Shown here in pieces: positions 12,120 to 29,000 of a stretch of 64,000 nt of DNA; the stretch's first letter is position 1; the number at the start of each line of letters is the position of its first letter. Both the position numbers and the translations under genes were made by a program. Source of the DNA: Raillietiella orientalis (lineage: Eukaryota). The notes beneath the pieces are model-generated. The model was given only the letters and a program-made list of their open reading frames with translations. It did no database searches and had not been told where the DNA came from. The stretch lies in NCBI GenBank assembly GCA_036172245.1, contig JAYWIR010000001.1, positions 8,990,001 through 9,054,000 of the forward strand, read 5' to 3'.

Positions 12120-14437
12120 AGACACTGACGGTGTATCAGAGGAGTCAGTCGGAAAGCTACTACGGTAATGAAAACGCCATCAGCAACCTCATGAGCTCTC
12201 CGGAAACAAGCAAAGAGCCTTCACGCAAGCTGCCAACTGAACCATAGTTTTCGTGGTTCCTCAAGATTCCCGCAAAACTCCATGCTTGCACAACAATGGT
12301 GAGTGGTAGCCCTGTCTCCAGCATGCTCCTAAGCATGGCTTCAATTTCATCCTCTTCACTACTACGCTCTAAGAAAGTTTCAGCTATGTTACATCGTCAA
12401 GGAATGACTACAGACTTGCAGAGGAGAGAAGGAGCAAACTTCACAAGATTTTCTGCACTGATTTGATGATGGATCATTTTTGACCCAGTAGGGATTTCAA
12501 AAATCAGTGCATAAAGGCATGCTCACTGGAGAAGAAAAAGAGCATCCACAGAAAGCGCGGTGTCTCCAGTCACATATAGAACACCACTCGATCATTTTCG
12601 GGGATGCGGAGGAAACGCCAGTCATCCCGAAATGATCCTCATGTGCTGATTGCAAGAATCCATTGCTTTTTCTCAGGACTCAGTTCTCCCCCCCCACACA
12701 CCGCCTATTCCTGCCTTCGCTCAGGACTTCCGAGAGACTGCAGCGGAAGAAACACCCTCCACCCCATCGCTCTAGACTAAGAGCTGTCGTCGTCGTGTGT
12801 TTTGTCACGATGGTTAATTAGCGTCCCGGCGTGGCCGGGTGCTAGGAGCACCCCGGGAGAGGACCACCCTATGAATCCAGGAATAACTTTGGAGGAAGGA
12901 GTCCGTTCCTCATGCTTGGGAGGGGAACCCCGTAGGAAATCCTTGACCAGGAGTGCTAGGGAGTGACTTAGAGACGCTCGAGCGTAGCTGGACAAAAAAA
13001 GGTCCCTTTACTGATTATACAAAAAGGAAGAGATGAAGGGGAGTGTTGTAAAAGATCCATAGCGCATCTTTTTTTCTTTTTCCCTTGAAAGACATGAAAA
13101 AGATGTTCTCAAAATCCAGTTGGAATTCAGCAAATAAAAAGATGGGTTATTGGGAAGATTTCCAACCAATGATACTGAGAAGATACAACGTGTCCAATCT
13201 GTCATATGAGCTTCTGACTATAAAAAAGATTGAAACTGAAACTGAAATGTAATCTACGAAGCACCTGAGTGAATTTCGTTGGTTTCTTGGTTCAATATGC
13301 TGCAAATAGCAAGAGGAACATGCACCCGGTACTCGGGCAATCCGCACAGATGCATAGATTCATGGAAGACTGAATGATCACGGAATGACCACGAGAAGCT
13401 CCGAGAGTTCATATGTCTGTCCGTTTTTCCATGAGACGTGAATCCGATGATCCCTACTAGTCTTTTGATGGACTCTTTGAAGACAGGAAATGATTGCATC
13501 AGTCCGGTGGCTCAAGAAAAAAACTCGGTCTAACCCATATCCTCTGTGCTTCTCCAGTGAACCCAAGAGTTAAGGATGATTTCCAGGAAGCTCACAGAAT
13601 GAACTTTATTCTTCACCGGAGCTTTGTGATCAGCAGTATCCTCCAAAAACTGATGTCTTTCAGTATAGGAAGATTGTTTCCCTATCCAATTTTGGAAACT
13701 TCGCGACCTTCCCTTGCATCAACTTACTCCTCTGATACAGTCAGTTGACTCTGCTCTTATTGAGGAAATCAAATGGGCTGGCGGGGGGAATTCATTTTCT
13801 TAGAATATTGCTCCTTCCTGAACTCTTTGGATTTTCAGATATTTTCAAGACTCCATCCACGCTAAGCCTATTCGGATGGGATGCTCCCAAAGGCTGAAGT
13901 TCAGACCAAGAAAAAGAATCATGACGGACTGGACTCTCAGAGGTTTTGGAAGGGTTTGAAGACTGTTCTATATTCTTCAGGATGTTCCAAATGAGATTTG
14001 TCCCAGTCTAGTCACCATCATGTAGACAATAATGGATTCGAGCGATGATTCAACACAGATTTACACACGGAGAGGATTAGAGATGGAGTAGACAAAAGGA
14101 AGCTTCATGTACTTTATAATCCTTAGCATCTTGCACCTCTTGAGAGAGAATTCGAAGATGAATTGTGGCTCCATTGAACGATGCTACATCTGAAGTCCTA
14201 CATGTCTTGACAAGCTTTTATCTGTTGGGCAAAGTTAGAGCTAGATGCATTAGGCACATGAAGTACCTGAGTTGGGAAAGATCCAAAGCTGATCAAGAAA
14301 AATTTGGATGTGTGAATGTAATTTTATATTGAAATAGGATTTAATTGTAAATTTGTTTAAGAAGAGCAAATTGAATGTAATAATCATTAAATACAAATCT
14401 CCCGTCGCTCTGATGTAATATTAGATAAGTCGTAACA
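12120..14437 (+). mobile_element. degenerate Gypsy/Ty3-like LTR retrotransposon (gag-pol remnants)
   Basis: PBS-like GGTGTATCAGAGGAGT near 12130. KHLSEFRWFLGS at ~13259-13294 resembles the RT-RNaseH linker motif (PxxxxELRxFLG). PR*AYSDGMLPKAEVQTKKK at ~13857-13916 resembles the integrase motif SPRYPQSNGxAERxVQT. Many stops and frameshifts; possible 3' LTR ending GTAACA at ~14437. Confidence 0.6.
12681..12993 (-). repeat. GC-rich repeat family, copy 3 (inverted; solo-LTR-like insert in the Gypsy remnant)
   Basis: 12681-12951 is the reverse complement of 9146-9417 with few differences. On the minus strand it begins TGTCCAG at 12993. No clear target-site duplication seen. Confidence 0.75.
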
Positions 14438-15903
14438 TAGATATCAAATTTCATGTATCCGCGAAACTCAAAGATAGCTTCCCATCCTCGCATGGATGAC
14501 AATGAAGGATTCGGCTGACCAGCATAGTTTTGCTATCTGCGCCTTTTAGAAAATAGTGCAGTGTTTTGCACGATTGTATACTTGCACCTTACCAACGTGG
14601 CATAAAATACGTACTGCAAAGTGTGTTTTTGCACATCGGAAGATAAAAATCTCTGGGAGCTCAAGATTCTGAATGCTCGTCTGTTACCAATTTCGAAGCG
14701 CACAAACTAGGCTTCGTCTTTACATGAGGTGCTCAAACCTTGCTGTGAGCAGAAAGTAATCCAGATCGATGGCATGAAGAACCTTCGTTTCGTAGAAAGT
14801 TGTTTATTTCTAATGCAGTTTTCTGAAAATCAAGTCTAACCATGACGCTTCGTTACATGAAATACGTGTCAATTTTTGGTGACTCCAGATGCTACCTTAT
14901 GCATCTTACTTAAATGTCAACTCATTCTTTTCAACTCCTCGAAACAAAAGCTTATTCTGAAGTCCTCTATAGTGTGAAGATACTGCTTAGAAATTCCAAT
15001 GACGATGAGGGGTTAGAAATGCGAGATCTTGGTTTTGTATGTGTTTTCTTATCAGGGAGAATAGCATTTTATTATTATTACACTTCTTCATTATCGCTAC
15101 ACTATTATAATTATTCCTTAGAGAACTTGTACTTAGTCTCTCAGAAAGCCAGTCATCCAAAGCACTTGATATGCTAGTTTAGTTTCAAGAAATACATCGC
15201 TAATGTATTTCAAAAACCAAAGGAAGCCAAATCTGTTCTCTGAACATTATGAAGTAGGCAAAACTATAGGAAATTCAGCAAAAAAAATTCCAGTACTTCT
15301 GGAATCAGAAGTGTAAAGCTCATGATAGGAATACAAATGGAGCTCTTCAATTATCAATTATTCGTAGTTAAGAAAAAGAGAATCATTTCATAGATATTTT
15401 CTGTCTTTGTTATACTTGTTTGACTAAATTAGAATTTTTTTTTTTTCAAGAATTTTCACACACCTCTTATTTGAAATAAAGCATGATACGATAAATTATG
15501 AAGTTATCGCACGATAACTGTCTTTAAACCCAATGTAATGAGCTGATGCATTATTTCGCGAATTATTCAGACAGATGTAAACAATAAATTGACTCTTGTA
15601 GAATCTAGATTATCGAAATGGAAACAAGGATGGTATTAATTAGATACTCTCTATGAGATCCACGAAGGCTAAATAGCGTAAGTTTTGCAATGCATAGGAA
15701 AACTGTATCTGGTCATTCTGCAATTTAAGAGCCGGAGTGCACATTGTGAAGTACATGAAAATTTTTCAGAAGGTATTGCATTGTATGGCTGGAGAATATC
15801 AATTTACTGCCTGTTTAAATATGTGTGAATGAATTTGGAACAGTAATTTTTGTGTAAGCCTATGAAATCACACTTGGAACTCTTGCATTAGTATCGTGCA
15901 AGC

Positions 15904-16990
15904 ATGTTTAAAAGAAAACTGACTGCCTTGGAGTATCACAGCCCGGATGCTTTAATTTGGACAGGTAAGTGCCAAACGTTTTGAAAACATCGAATCAAAT
16001 ATTCCTCAGACCCAGAAGAATACAAGGCTGTTGTGATTTGGTTAGAAGATCGAAAAATAAGATATTACAACTCAAAAGAAAGGCGTAGGTTAAGGAATTG
16101 CGACAAACAAACATGGAATGATGCCTTTAGAAAGTACTTAAATGATCTTGAGTGTCCGCACAAGATAGATGATAAGAAAGCTGTATTAGACTGGTTACTG
16201 TCTCACGCACTTATTTTAATTTCCAAATATGATTCATCAGATGGTAAGTTTAGAATCATGAAACTTAGATATTCAAAAGCAAATAGCACTTGCAATTTAA
16301 AAAAATGATCCACATTTTGTGACATCCACGAGATTTCCTTAAAAGTTCAGAATTGCCTTAAGTTAAGCTTTCATTTGCCACAGTTTTATTTTTATTCATC
16401 ACCATGAATTTGTCTTTTGACAATTGTTTTATAATTTTGCATAAAATTATAAATGCTTTTAGATAGATTAAAGCAAACTGCCACAAAACCAGCTGTCACA
16501 TCCTGTTTTGAAAACTCTTTTGATAATCTGAACTGTAAGTAATGCCCTTTTGAAACATGTACTGCATTTCTTTCTGCAGTTGATGATAATATATTTAAAG
16601 AAGGAATCAATTCCATGGCAAGAATGTTGCAAATAAGCTGCCACCCCAATCATTTGATAACCTTTAAGGCAATCTGCAAATTTGTTGCTGAAAGATTAGA
16701 TCCCAAGAAACTGAAGAATCCAGTTGCACATGTGAAGGTTGAACATGTAAAACATAATGTAGTGCTTCATGCTTTTGTAGGGTGCTGCTGCCTTCCCAAT
16801 TGCCAAAGCTCAGTTGGGATTGAATTTGGAAGACCCAGCACTTAATTTGGCTTCAAAGGTGCTACACCTTCTATACCTACATGATTTAAGGGAGCTGCAG
16901 TCCAGCATTAATGAATGCATTGTTGCTGTGCAAGAGAAAACAGCCAATCCAAAAACCGATGCCAGTCTTGGCAAAGTGGGAACTTTTTGA
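15904..16990 (+). CDS. RTRAF: RNA transcription, translation and transport factor (C14orf166/CGI-99; tRNA-ligase complex subunit), 5 exons
   Basis: MFKRKLTALEYH...VIWLEDRKIRYY...KYLNDLECP...DWLL and a C-terminal LHLLYLHDLRELQSSINECIVAVQEKTANPKTDASLGKVG match the RTRAF family. First intron 15965-16009 (45 nt); stop TGA at 16988-16990. Confidence 0.93.
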
Positions 16991-17057
16991 AAAACATCAC
17001 TAAACAGTCAATTTAAACTCAAAAATATCACAGTTGGACAAACACATGCAACACTAA

Positions 17058-19969
<2,912 letters not shown>

Positions 19970-20487
19970 CTCTTTCATTTATTAGCTTTTTAAACACAAA
20001 TTTACATATTCACCCTTTAGATTATTATTTTACATAAGATTCATCCTGAAAAACATTGAAAACAAAAACAAACAAATGTATATAATAAATGACTTGGCTA
20101 ATACGATAAAGTTTCTGTTTCAACAAAATCTGTTCATCTTGTTATCCTGGCTTTGAGACCAATGGAAATGTGTGGAAATGGAAAAAAAACTTGAAATTAT
20201 CACACAAATAATGCCAATAAATGCTGAAATTAAACACTAAAAAAAAACGCACGGCTGCACAGGCAAACTGTTCATGTGGTAACGAGTCCTCTGAATTACT
20301 TTGACTTGAACTTGCTACCCCAAATCACCCACTCAGGCCACACACAACACTTATTCCATCAGTAGATCGCACACACGTGTAATGCACACGTAAATTCTCC
20401 CAAATACGGTGAGCAGCTTGCAACAGACACGGATTTTTGAGCTTGCAAATCGCAAATAATCAATTATTTTTGCACTGGTGCTTTTTA

Positions 20488-21600
20488 GATGGTCTAATCG
20501 TGTTCATTATACTAATACTATCGTTGGTATATTACACTGGCATGAGCGGGCCATTTACAAAATACAATAAAAAAAAAAAATACAGGGGCCAAGTGAGATT
20601 TCAACGATTAGATACAAAATAACATTCTTCTTCTACCGAAGTGACAAACTGATGAATGTTCCGTTTTGTGATTGTAATTGTCGCTTGACAGAGACTACAG
20701 AAATGAACCCGATTTCCGAGAAATAGAAGACGGCTGTCCGCTCTTTCAGGTTTCCATTAGGAAAGAAACCCTAAAATACTTTCCTACTGATGATCACTTC
20801 TACACAGCTCTTCATCCTTAAATCATGGAACACGATTTAGTGCGAATGCAAAATTCCCAAAGGCCCAATTGCACCTAAACGGAGTACCTATTAAGCCATC
20901 CAAACTGGACGATTCGAAGGACTGGAAGCTTTGGAATGAAGGATTTTGGCTTCAGTCAGCATTTCAGATGATTTTCAGTCACATTTCGTTTTTCAGATTT
21001 GATCTGTCGTGCTTGAGGAAACCCGTTTCCTAATCTGCAGGTTTCGATAGGCCGTATAACGAATTCCTGCTAGTTTCCCCCTCCCCCCTTTTTCCATCTA
21101 GGACTTTAGAAGTTGAATCCACAGCTTGAAATTCCTGACATCGGTCCCTTCTTTACCTGAAACAGAGTACGTAAAACCGAAACTATACTAAATATGTATA
21201 TTTTTTTGTACGCAAAACACTAAAGTATAAAAATTTACTGTCTGGATCAATCTTAATCGGCACCATTTTAAATATCACAACAAGTATGGACTTTAATTGA
21301 ACAGAATTGTATCAAAGTAACTGAGAAATTCAGCTGAAAATGGTATCCTGAAAATTTCATGATTTAATTAAAGGAAATCAACATAAGAAGTCACCAACAG
21401 TGCTAGAATTGGAGCTAAATTATTTGCAGCTATGCAATCATTCGTGCTAAATTTGAGTAAAGCGAATTTCTATTTAAAACTAATTAAGTGGAATCTTATT
21501 TGTAGGTTTCCTTATTGAGGAATCAGTGACAGTGAATTCACTACCAACTCGGTTTCCACATCTCCGGAGTCTTAGGGAACAAGGATAATAAAGTATTGCA
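20488..21600 (+). other. exon-like fragments of a possible small membrane-protein gene or pseudogene, divergent from SEL1L
   Basis: AG/GT-bounded segments encode DGLIVFIILILSLVYYTGMSGP and DYRNEPDFREIEDGCPLFQ, but downstream frames hit stops. Confidence 0.2.
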
Positions 21601-24600
21601 AACGATAGCAAAATTGAGCATGTTATGAAAGTGGTCTTTGAGGTCCATATTCATGGAAAAGAGCCCTAGAATATTCAAGGAACACTGTTCTTCCCTAAAC
21701 GTTATCAGAAAATACCTTATTGGTTAGCATCAATTCAGTACTGCTAGACGTAAACATCATTGTTTAACAAACTTTTGTATGAAATTTCTAGAGCATTCGT
21801 ACAAAACGACTCTTCCACTTCGATAAAGTATCGCAGCACATTTTTAAAATTTACTAATTAAGGTTTCAAGATGGTATATTTCTATGCAGTTTGAACTCTG
21901 GATGATTGTTGAGGTGACGCTAGATTTCGAGATCATTAATTTGAAAGATTCACATTTATTTTAAAACTTTCAATTAATTGGAGGATTAGAGAAAAAATTC
22001 TCAAGTTTATTTCTTCTCTCTCAATGAACCACTAGTATGAAGAAAAGTAATGCCATTCTAAATTTTTCTGGATAGTGATTAGCACATTTTCAAACCAGAT
22101 TGCTGCTTACGGCGGTGAACAAACCCTCAGAAGAGTGTAATTTGCTCCGATTTTTCGTATAATTTGAACTTGTTAGCCTCCATCAACCATCGATTAGATG
22201 GTACACCGTTATACGGGTCATCTTTTGGATAATTGCAGCATATTTCCCTTTTCAGCCACAGTACCCCACTTATACACGGCACACAATTATTTTTCTTCTA
22301 AAGAACGCATTTAAGTCTTCAACATACCAATAGAGCTGAAAGGTATGTGCATCTGTTTGCTTTTAGATTCGAATACTGCGTGATTCAAATTATTTAATGA
22401 TATATATTGTTTAAAAAAGTTGAAATTACTATCAGTCGAATATAGAGATCTGGAACGAATACTGGTATCTATGGGCACCACATAAATTGAATTTAGGCAA
22501 ATTAGAGACATTCTGAATGTTCATTTGAATTCAATTCATATAAAGCCTTCAATATCGAACAGCTCAGCAACAGCACATTTGTTTCACATTCAGAACCAGT
22601 TACTGAAAGCATCTGATGTTTCATACCGAGAAATGAGCTTTACATTTTTTCCAGATGGCAAGGTGAGTAAGGCACAGGATCCAAAATTTTTTACAGTTCC
22701 CAATTGGTCATTCTCTGTGCTGTTTTCTTTTTTTCATTTGAATTAGGAGTAATCCCTTTATTTTCAGATTAAAGACTGTTAAAATGTGATGAATTTCTAT
22801 TAGCCTACAGACCTGCCACACTCCTTAATCGAATTCTGAAACCATACTATTGGAAACTTGATCTCCATTGAAATAAGGTTAGATTTGATTTCTTTTATTA
22901 ACCTCTGGTTATCTGGATATCAGAATCGACAGAATAGAATTTCAACTATTCGTACGAGCAATATGAAATGAGGAACGCATCCTGAGGAAATCATGAAGCA
23001 TCATTACAAAACACTGCAAACAGAGAGAAAACGTAATCATGGAGAATCTAAGTGCTCAACTTTGCATAGGTAGTGAAAAGTTGACAGTGCTTTGCATAGA
23101 TCAGCAATTCCAGTTTTTATAGAGCCGTCCTATGTTCCCTTTCCTCGATGAAATGTTCAGTGTAATCTCTAATTGCCCGCTATTGAGGAATAAGCTAAAC
23201 GATCGAAAGCTATATTAAGAAAGTAATTGGAATTTGATGTGAGACCAATGAGCAAAAAACAGGAACCACAGAATCAGAATAATTATCAAAAGCATAACTC
23301 TGAATATACTCCAATTGTATATTCGCTTATAAACACTAAGAAGCTGAAGAGTGCTCCTGATTCGAGTATGCAGGTAAAACATTCTGCATAAAGTGGATTG
23401 CAGTAAACAGTAAGAAAATTTATACAATTAAGAAGTTTCTTAATAATCTTAATTGTATGTGAATATGATAGCCCCGGATCAATGCAATCTAATCTACAAA
23501 AAGTGAGCCTTAAGTACCGAAGTGCATCATATCATCATAGTAATATGACTCATAGTCATCGATGAAAATGGGAAACATGGGTGGATAACCGATTTTCTCC
23601 AATATGGAAGGAATCTTTGGTCCAAGGTAGAGCAGAATTTTAAGTTTCGTGATTTCACTAAAAACAGAGGTATATACAGAAAATATGTGCAGAACATATG
23701 TTTATATTGACGTGACATCAGCAAGTGCAGCAAATGTATACGGAATATGCAGAGACATAAAATCGGATTTGAATTTACAGTTGCTGTTCATCCGCAGTTT
23801 TATTCATAGTTCTTTGGAGAATAGAATGATGAACATAGGTAGTAACAAAAAAAAAAATTTGAGAGTGAAGCAACTGTTACTTTGCATTCTTAGCTGTCAT
23901 GTGTTCCTTATCTCTCAGATTAGAGGGTTTTAACCATCTGCTGTTAACTATTTAATGGATTTTATTTTTAATGGAATACTGAGAAACAAATTTAGTAAGG
24001 TACATTCAATAAAGCTTAGTAGGATTATTTCCACGCTGATATGGGAAATTGCATGAATTGAGTTTGAATAAAATTCCTGTTTTTTAATTAAACATTTGTC
24101 AATGTTACCAAAAACAGTAATTTACATTGCTCAAATGAAGAAAGTAATTTTAATATGAATGCTTGCATTTGACATTGATTTATTAAATGTTTTACTCTTG
24201 TTAATTATAGCAAAAGTAGTTTTTTCTTTACAGTACAACAAATCCATTTGATTAAACCATAAATTCGTTGATTTACTAAGTAATAGGAAACCTCCAGGAA
24301 AACTTCGTCCAAAATCGCAAATACATCGCACCTAAAGAGAGAAAAGCTGGAGCATATACCACCAACTGATGTCACATATTTAAGGCCACAAACTGTAAAT
24401 TAATCAAGGTATCTATGGTGCTCTTGGTTTTCTAGCTATGGGAGGCGTAGGCGTAGGGTGTAGGTGTCTTTTACAGTTCCCACGTGAGCATCCACAGTTC
24501 CTCAAATGACATCAACTGAGCAATCCATTCCGGTTCGCATGTCACATTTGGCATCATTGTGAGGAAGATATCGGAAATTCTGTGCTGAAAGCATTTTCGA

Positions 24601-26080
24601 AAGCTTTTCTAAATCAATGTCTTTCGAAACAGAAAATCTAATGGGTTTTCGCGGGGAGAACCATCCATCGGTTTCAGCGAGTACAACCCAGGAAATTCCA
24701 TAGTGAGAATGTTTCTCACAGCAAGAGACCAGGAGAGGCAACCCATCTCACTGGTCCAGGACCGTTCCTCTAGGGTTTTAATGTCAATCTCCACATACGT
24801 ACTCGGGCAAGATTCGAATTCGTGCTTTTTGAATCTCGAGGTCTCGTTAGACACTTTTCTTCGGCCTGTTTGGTCCGTGCTCTCTCGGAGCAAATTGGCT
24901 TTTCAAAACGTCACCCACAGTTGCTTTGAGAGTCAAAAGTTGGGTTGTTTTCACACCGACAAAATGTTTCATCTGACAGCAATGAAACCGCCTCAAGAAC
25001 GTTATCCATGCTTATTATACTGAAGCCACCTCCGACAAATAGGAGCTTCTTTGTCCTGCAAAACTTGCACTTTGCAAACATCCAGTTTAAAATGCTTCCA
25101 GCGCGGGCGGCTGTGCTGTTGCGTAGCGGCCACTAGTCGATTTTCTGAGCTCTTGATAGAAAACCTCCCAGGATGGCTGCAGTCAGGTGCACAGTTCTTC
25201 ATGGTGATCATGACTCATTCAAGGCATTCTCTGTTCCACGAACTCGTCATGCCATCATCATCATGCAGAGTCGGTGAGTGCAAGGACGGTGTGAAGATGC
25301 ACACCATGCCTGCACATCGCCGTTTGTTGACTGTGGCAAAAAAATTTTTGTGCTTTGCTTAGGAAATCACCATCACATTGTCTTTTAAACATTTTTGTGT
25401 GTGATATTTTATGAATGCCTTCTGCTTATCAGTATACAGAAATACAGATTGCAGTCAAAATGAAAATCAAATTTTAAGCAAAAAATAGTTTTACCATACA
25501 TGCAGTGTTTCAAACACTCAACTCCAACGATCCATTAAACATTCAATATTCCATTGTACGATATACATACATGCAATACAGCGTCCAGAACAGTCACCAA
25601 CTGCTTGTTCTTACGTGTGAAAACCTCGCGCGCAGCAGTTCTTGTGCATTCGATGAGTCCATTAATTGCCAGCGGAGCACCACAGAGCACCATACAGCGT
25701 TATGACGGTTGGTGCATTCTCTAACATGAACGATTGTTTTCGCCACAATGTACAACCAACCTTTTCGGTTAGTTTATTCAAATGAAATTATTATGTCTAT
25801 TAGACTTTCATGAAATACCCCAAAGTGGGAACTCCAATCGTCTGACCAAAGAAATCGCATGGCATTTGTACCAAAGTGCTTCGGTTTGAAAAAAGGAATA
25901 AGGCATAAACCTGGCTGAAAATACGCGCCACTGTTCAATTATGTACTTCAAGTAAACATGAAATCGTTGTTTCAGTTCAATAAATAAATATATTTTTCCT
26001 TTGGATATAATAAATCAGCATCTAAGCAATAGAAAGGTCCTGACTTGTTGGCAAGTTAATGAAACATTTTGGAATGGTTT

Positions 26081-29000
26081 TTATTCAGTCTCCAAATCAT
26101 CATCATCAGCAAAATCAGAGAAATCACTTTCTTCTTCCACTTCATCTTTGTCTTCATCACTTATATTCCACTGTGGATGCTCTATTGGAATCTCTTTAGC
26201 TTCATGCACATCCAGCTACAATGACAGAATGCCTGATTTTCGAGTTGAGAACCAATAATCCTGACCTTTAGATCACATGACACATCTGTATCTAAGTAGG
26301 AATCTGAACGAACAACAATGGTATAATGATATACACCAGGAAGGAGGGGGGCCGAAAGTTTCAGTTGCACTTCTTGTTCATCCATCAGATCAGTCACCAA
26401 AAGAGGGGCTGTGATCAAGCGTGGTACTTTCCTGTCCCTCACATATACCCACCAATATTCCTGTTTCTCCTAAAGCATAGCATAAATGTAATGGAACCAC
26501 TAGTATTTGTATACCTCCGGAAAGAATGGACAGTGAACAGAGTGAGATACTTTGCTACGACCTTCTAATACTCTTTCCCGCCTATTCAATTGTTTTTGTA
26601 TCTTTGCCCATTCAGCATCATCATCTTCATCTGCAGATGCTGGTTGCTCTCGAGAATTTGAACAAGGCCCAGAGTCATTTTGGCCACTAGCTTCTTCACT
26701 GGTATCTGATTCCTCATCACTCAGATTACTATGTTCAGATAGCTCCTCATTTTCTTTCTTGACATCTGAAGGTCTTTCTAAATTGGTATTAGCATCTCCT
26801 GAACCTCGCTTGCTAGTCAGCTTTGGTGTCCACACTTTTTTCCCAACTTTTTTATTGCTTCGACCTTTTTTTTTGGCTTTGCCCCAAGCAGGCCATTTTC
26901 TAACCTACACACTTGAACTCCAATAGCTACTAAACAAACAACTACCTGCTCAGAGAAATTCTCCTCTCTGGATGCCTCCGTTTCCTGACCAAACAAAACT
27001 TCTAGATTTTGTCTTTTCAGTGTACAAGTCACTGTCACTAAGGAACCAGCTGTCACAATAATTGGATCCTCATCATCAAGTACTAAGCACACCACATTGA
27101 ACTCCGATGAATCATTAAACATTTCTTACCTTCTGCCCTTGCTTCTACTGTTATGTGGGGCATTTGTGTGCATACTTTGAGCACATTGTTGTATTGTTCA
27201 TCAGTGAGCATCCTGAGCAATGAGCGTCGTTGCTCAGCTGGCAAACTAACAAGATGTTGAACAGTTCGAATGTTGCGCTAAGATGCAATTAGTTAGAAAA
27301 GACATAAGATCCCTTTCTTTACCTTTTTATTAACCATATGGCGCAATATATCGTCAGTTATGTATGGGAGCTGAAGAAGTGAACTCTTATTGTTCCAGAC
27401 AGCTTGCACCAGCATTGGACTCAAGAGCATGTAATTCTCCATAGTGTGTAAACTGGGAAGACAAGAAACTGCAAAGAACTTGCTGCTACCAGTAGCTGAT
27501 CTGCCTACTTCGGCCTGCATGTGCCAAGATCATCATCTGATAAATACATGTCACCATTTCCTGGATGAGAGCAGGGCAATGAGAGAGAACCAACATGCAA
27601 TCACGATACAGAGTGGCAGGAGGCAAAGGAATACGTGACAAATGGGCATGAATTAGAGCACGAGCTTTCAATGAGTATGGGAAGCACAATGGCTTTTCCT
27701 TGTTATTTTCGCCCAAGTACGGCAGCTGTTTAATGAGCTGGAAAAATTCATAGTTCAAGTCTACTACACAGAGACCAAAACCTGCGGAACTTCGACATTG
27801 TCACTAGGTCGCTCCACTACTTTGCTATTGTAGTCCCTTTTGAATTCCCATGATGCAGCTAACACCATGATTGCACGTTTCATATTCATATTTTGTGTTT
27901 TATGTAAAAAATAATAGTAAAGCTGTGTAGTGTCAAGGAGAACATGCTCTCCAGAATAACGAATAGAACGATACCACCATACACCAACTGCTGTAGGCAT
28001 GGCAACCATGATAACAAGTGTATATAATCCTAATACCTGCAGAAAGATCATTAAGAATCACTCGAAATTATTTCCATACAAAAATAGAGTTCTCTTTCTC
28101 AACAATCCATGATGGAAGAGCAATGCCAAAACTCATAGCACCAGGGCCATCAGGATTGCCATATAACTCCCAGTTTCTCTTGCCAATTTCATCAGTCAAA
28201 GCATCATATGCTTTTGTTAATTTCATAAATTTCTTCTCATCTCCTGTGTCTTTGTCTGGATGATATATCAGGGATAGCTTGTGATATGCTTTTCTGATCT
28301 CAGTCTGTGTTGCACCCTGGGAACAAGATCAAAAGTAAGTAAGATTCGAATATGACCCTTAGGTACATTTCAACAAGTGGCTGGAGTACTTCAAGCACTT
28401 GATGAATGATGAATGAATAAATTGAAAATTTTCGTATTAGAAAAAAGTGTCTACTGAAACAGTAAGAATATCATGACATTTGGTGTTTAGCATCAAAAAA
28501 AAAAACAAAAACAAACAAAAACACGGGAGCAAAACAAAAACAGGTGGGTAGAGTGGGTGGGAAGTTTATGAAAACTTCAGATAATATATTTTTTTATAAA
28601 AAAACACGCATACCAATCATATTCAAGCTATCTAACACAACTTATGTGTAATATCTTATGTAATATTGATAATGTGATATCTTACATGGCTAGAACTATG
28701 AAATGCTAAACTTCCTTGAAAATTCCAATGCAAATGCCCACACAAAACTCGCACCTTACATAACAGAACCTTTACCACTACTCTTGTACTATATCTTGGG
28801 TAAACAAGCATGAATACTGCTGTATAATCATTTTTCATCCAAATGGATGTCAAGGAGCAAGCATGCATGACATGCAATTTAAGTACATTATGCTTGTAAA
28901 ACAACAATCTTAAATGCCCTCAATTTAGAAATGAAACCCATTCAAATGTGAGAACCTGTAGGCAAATTTATTTGTAGCCACAGGGTTTTTTCTCCACTAC

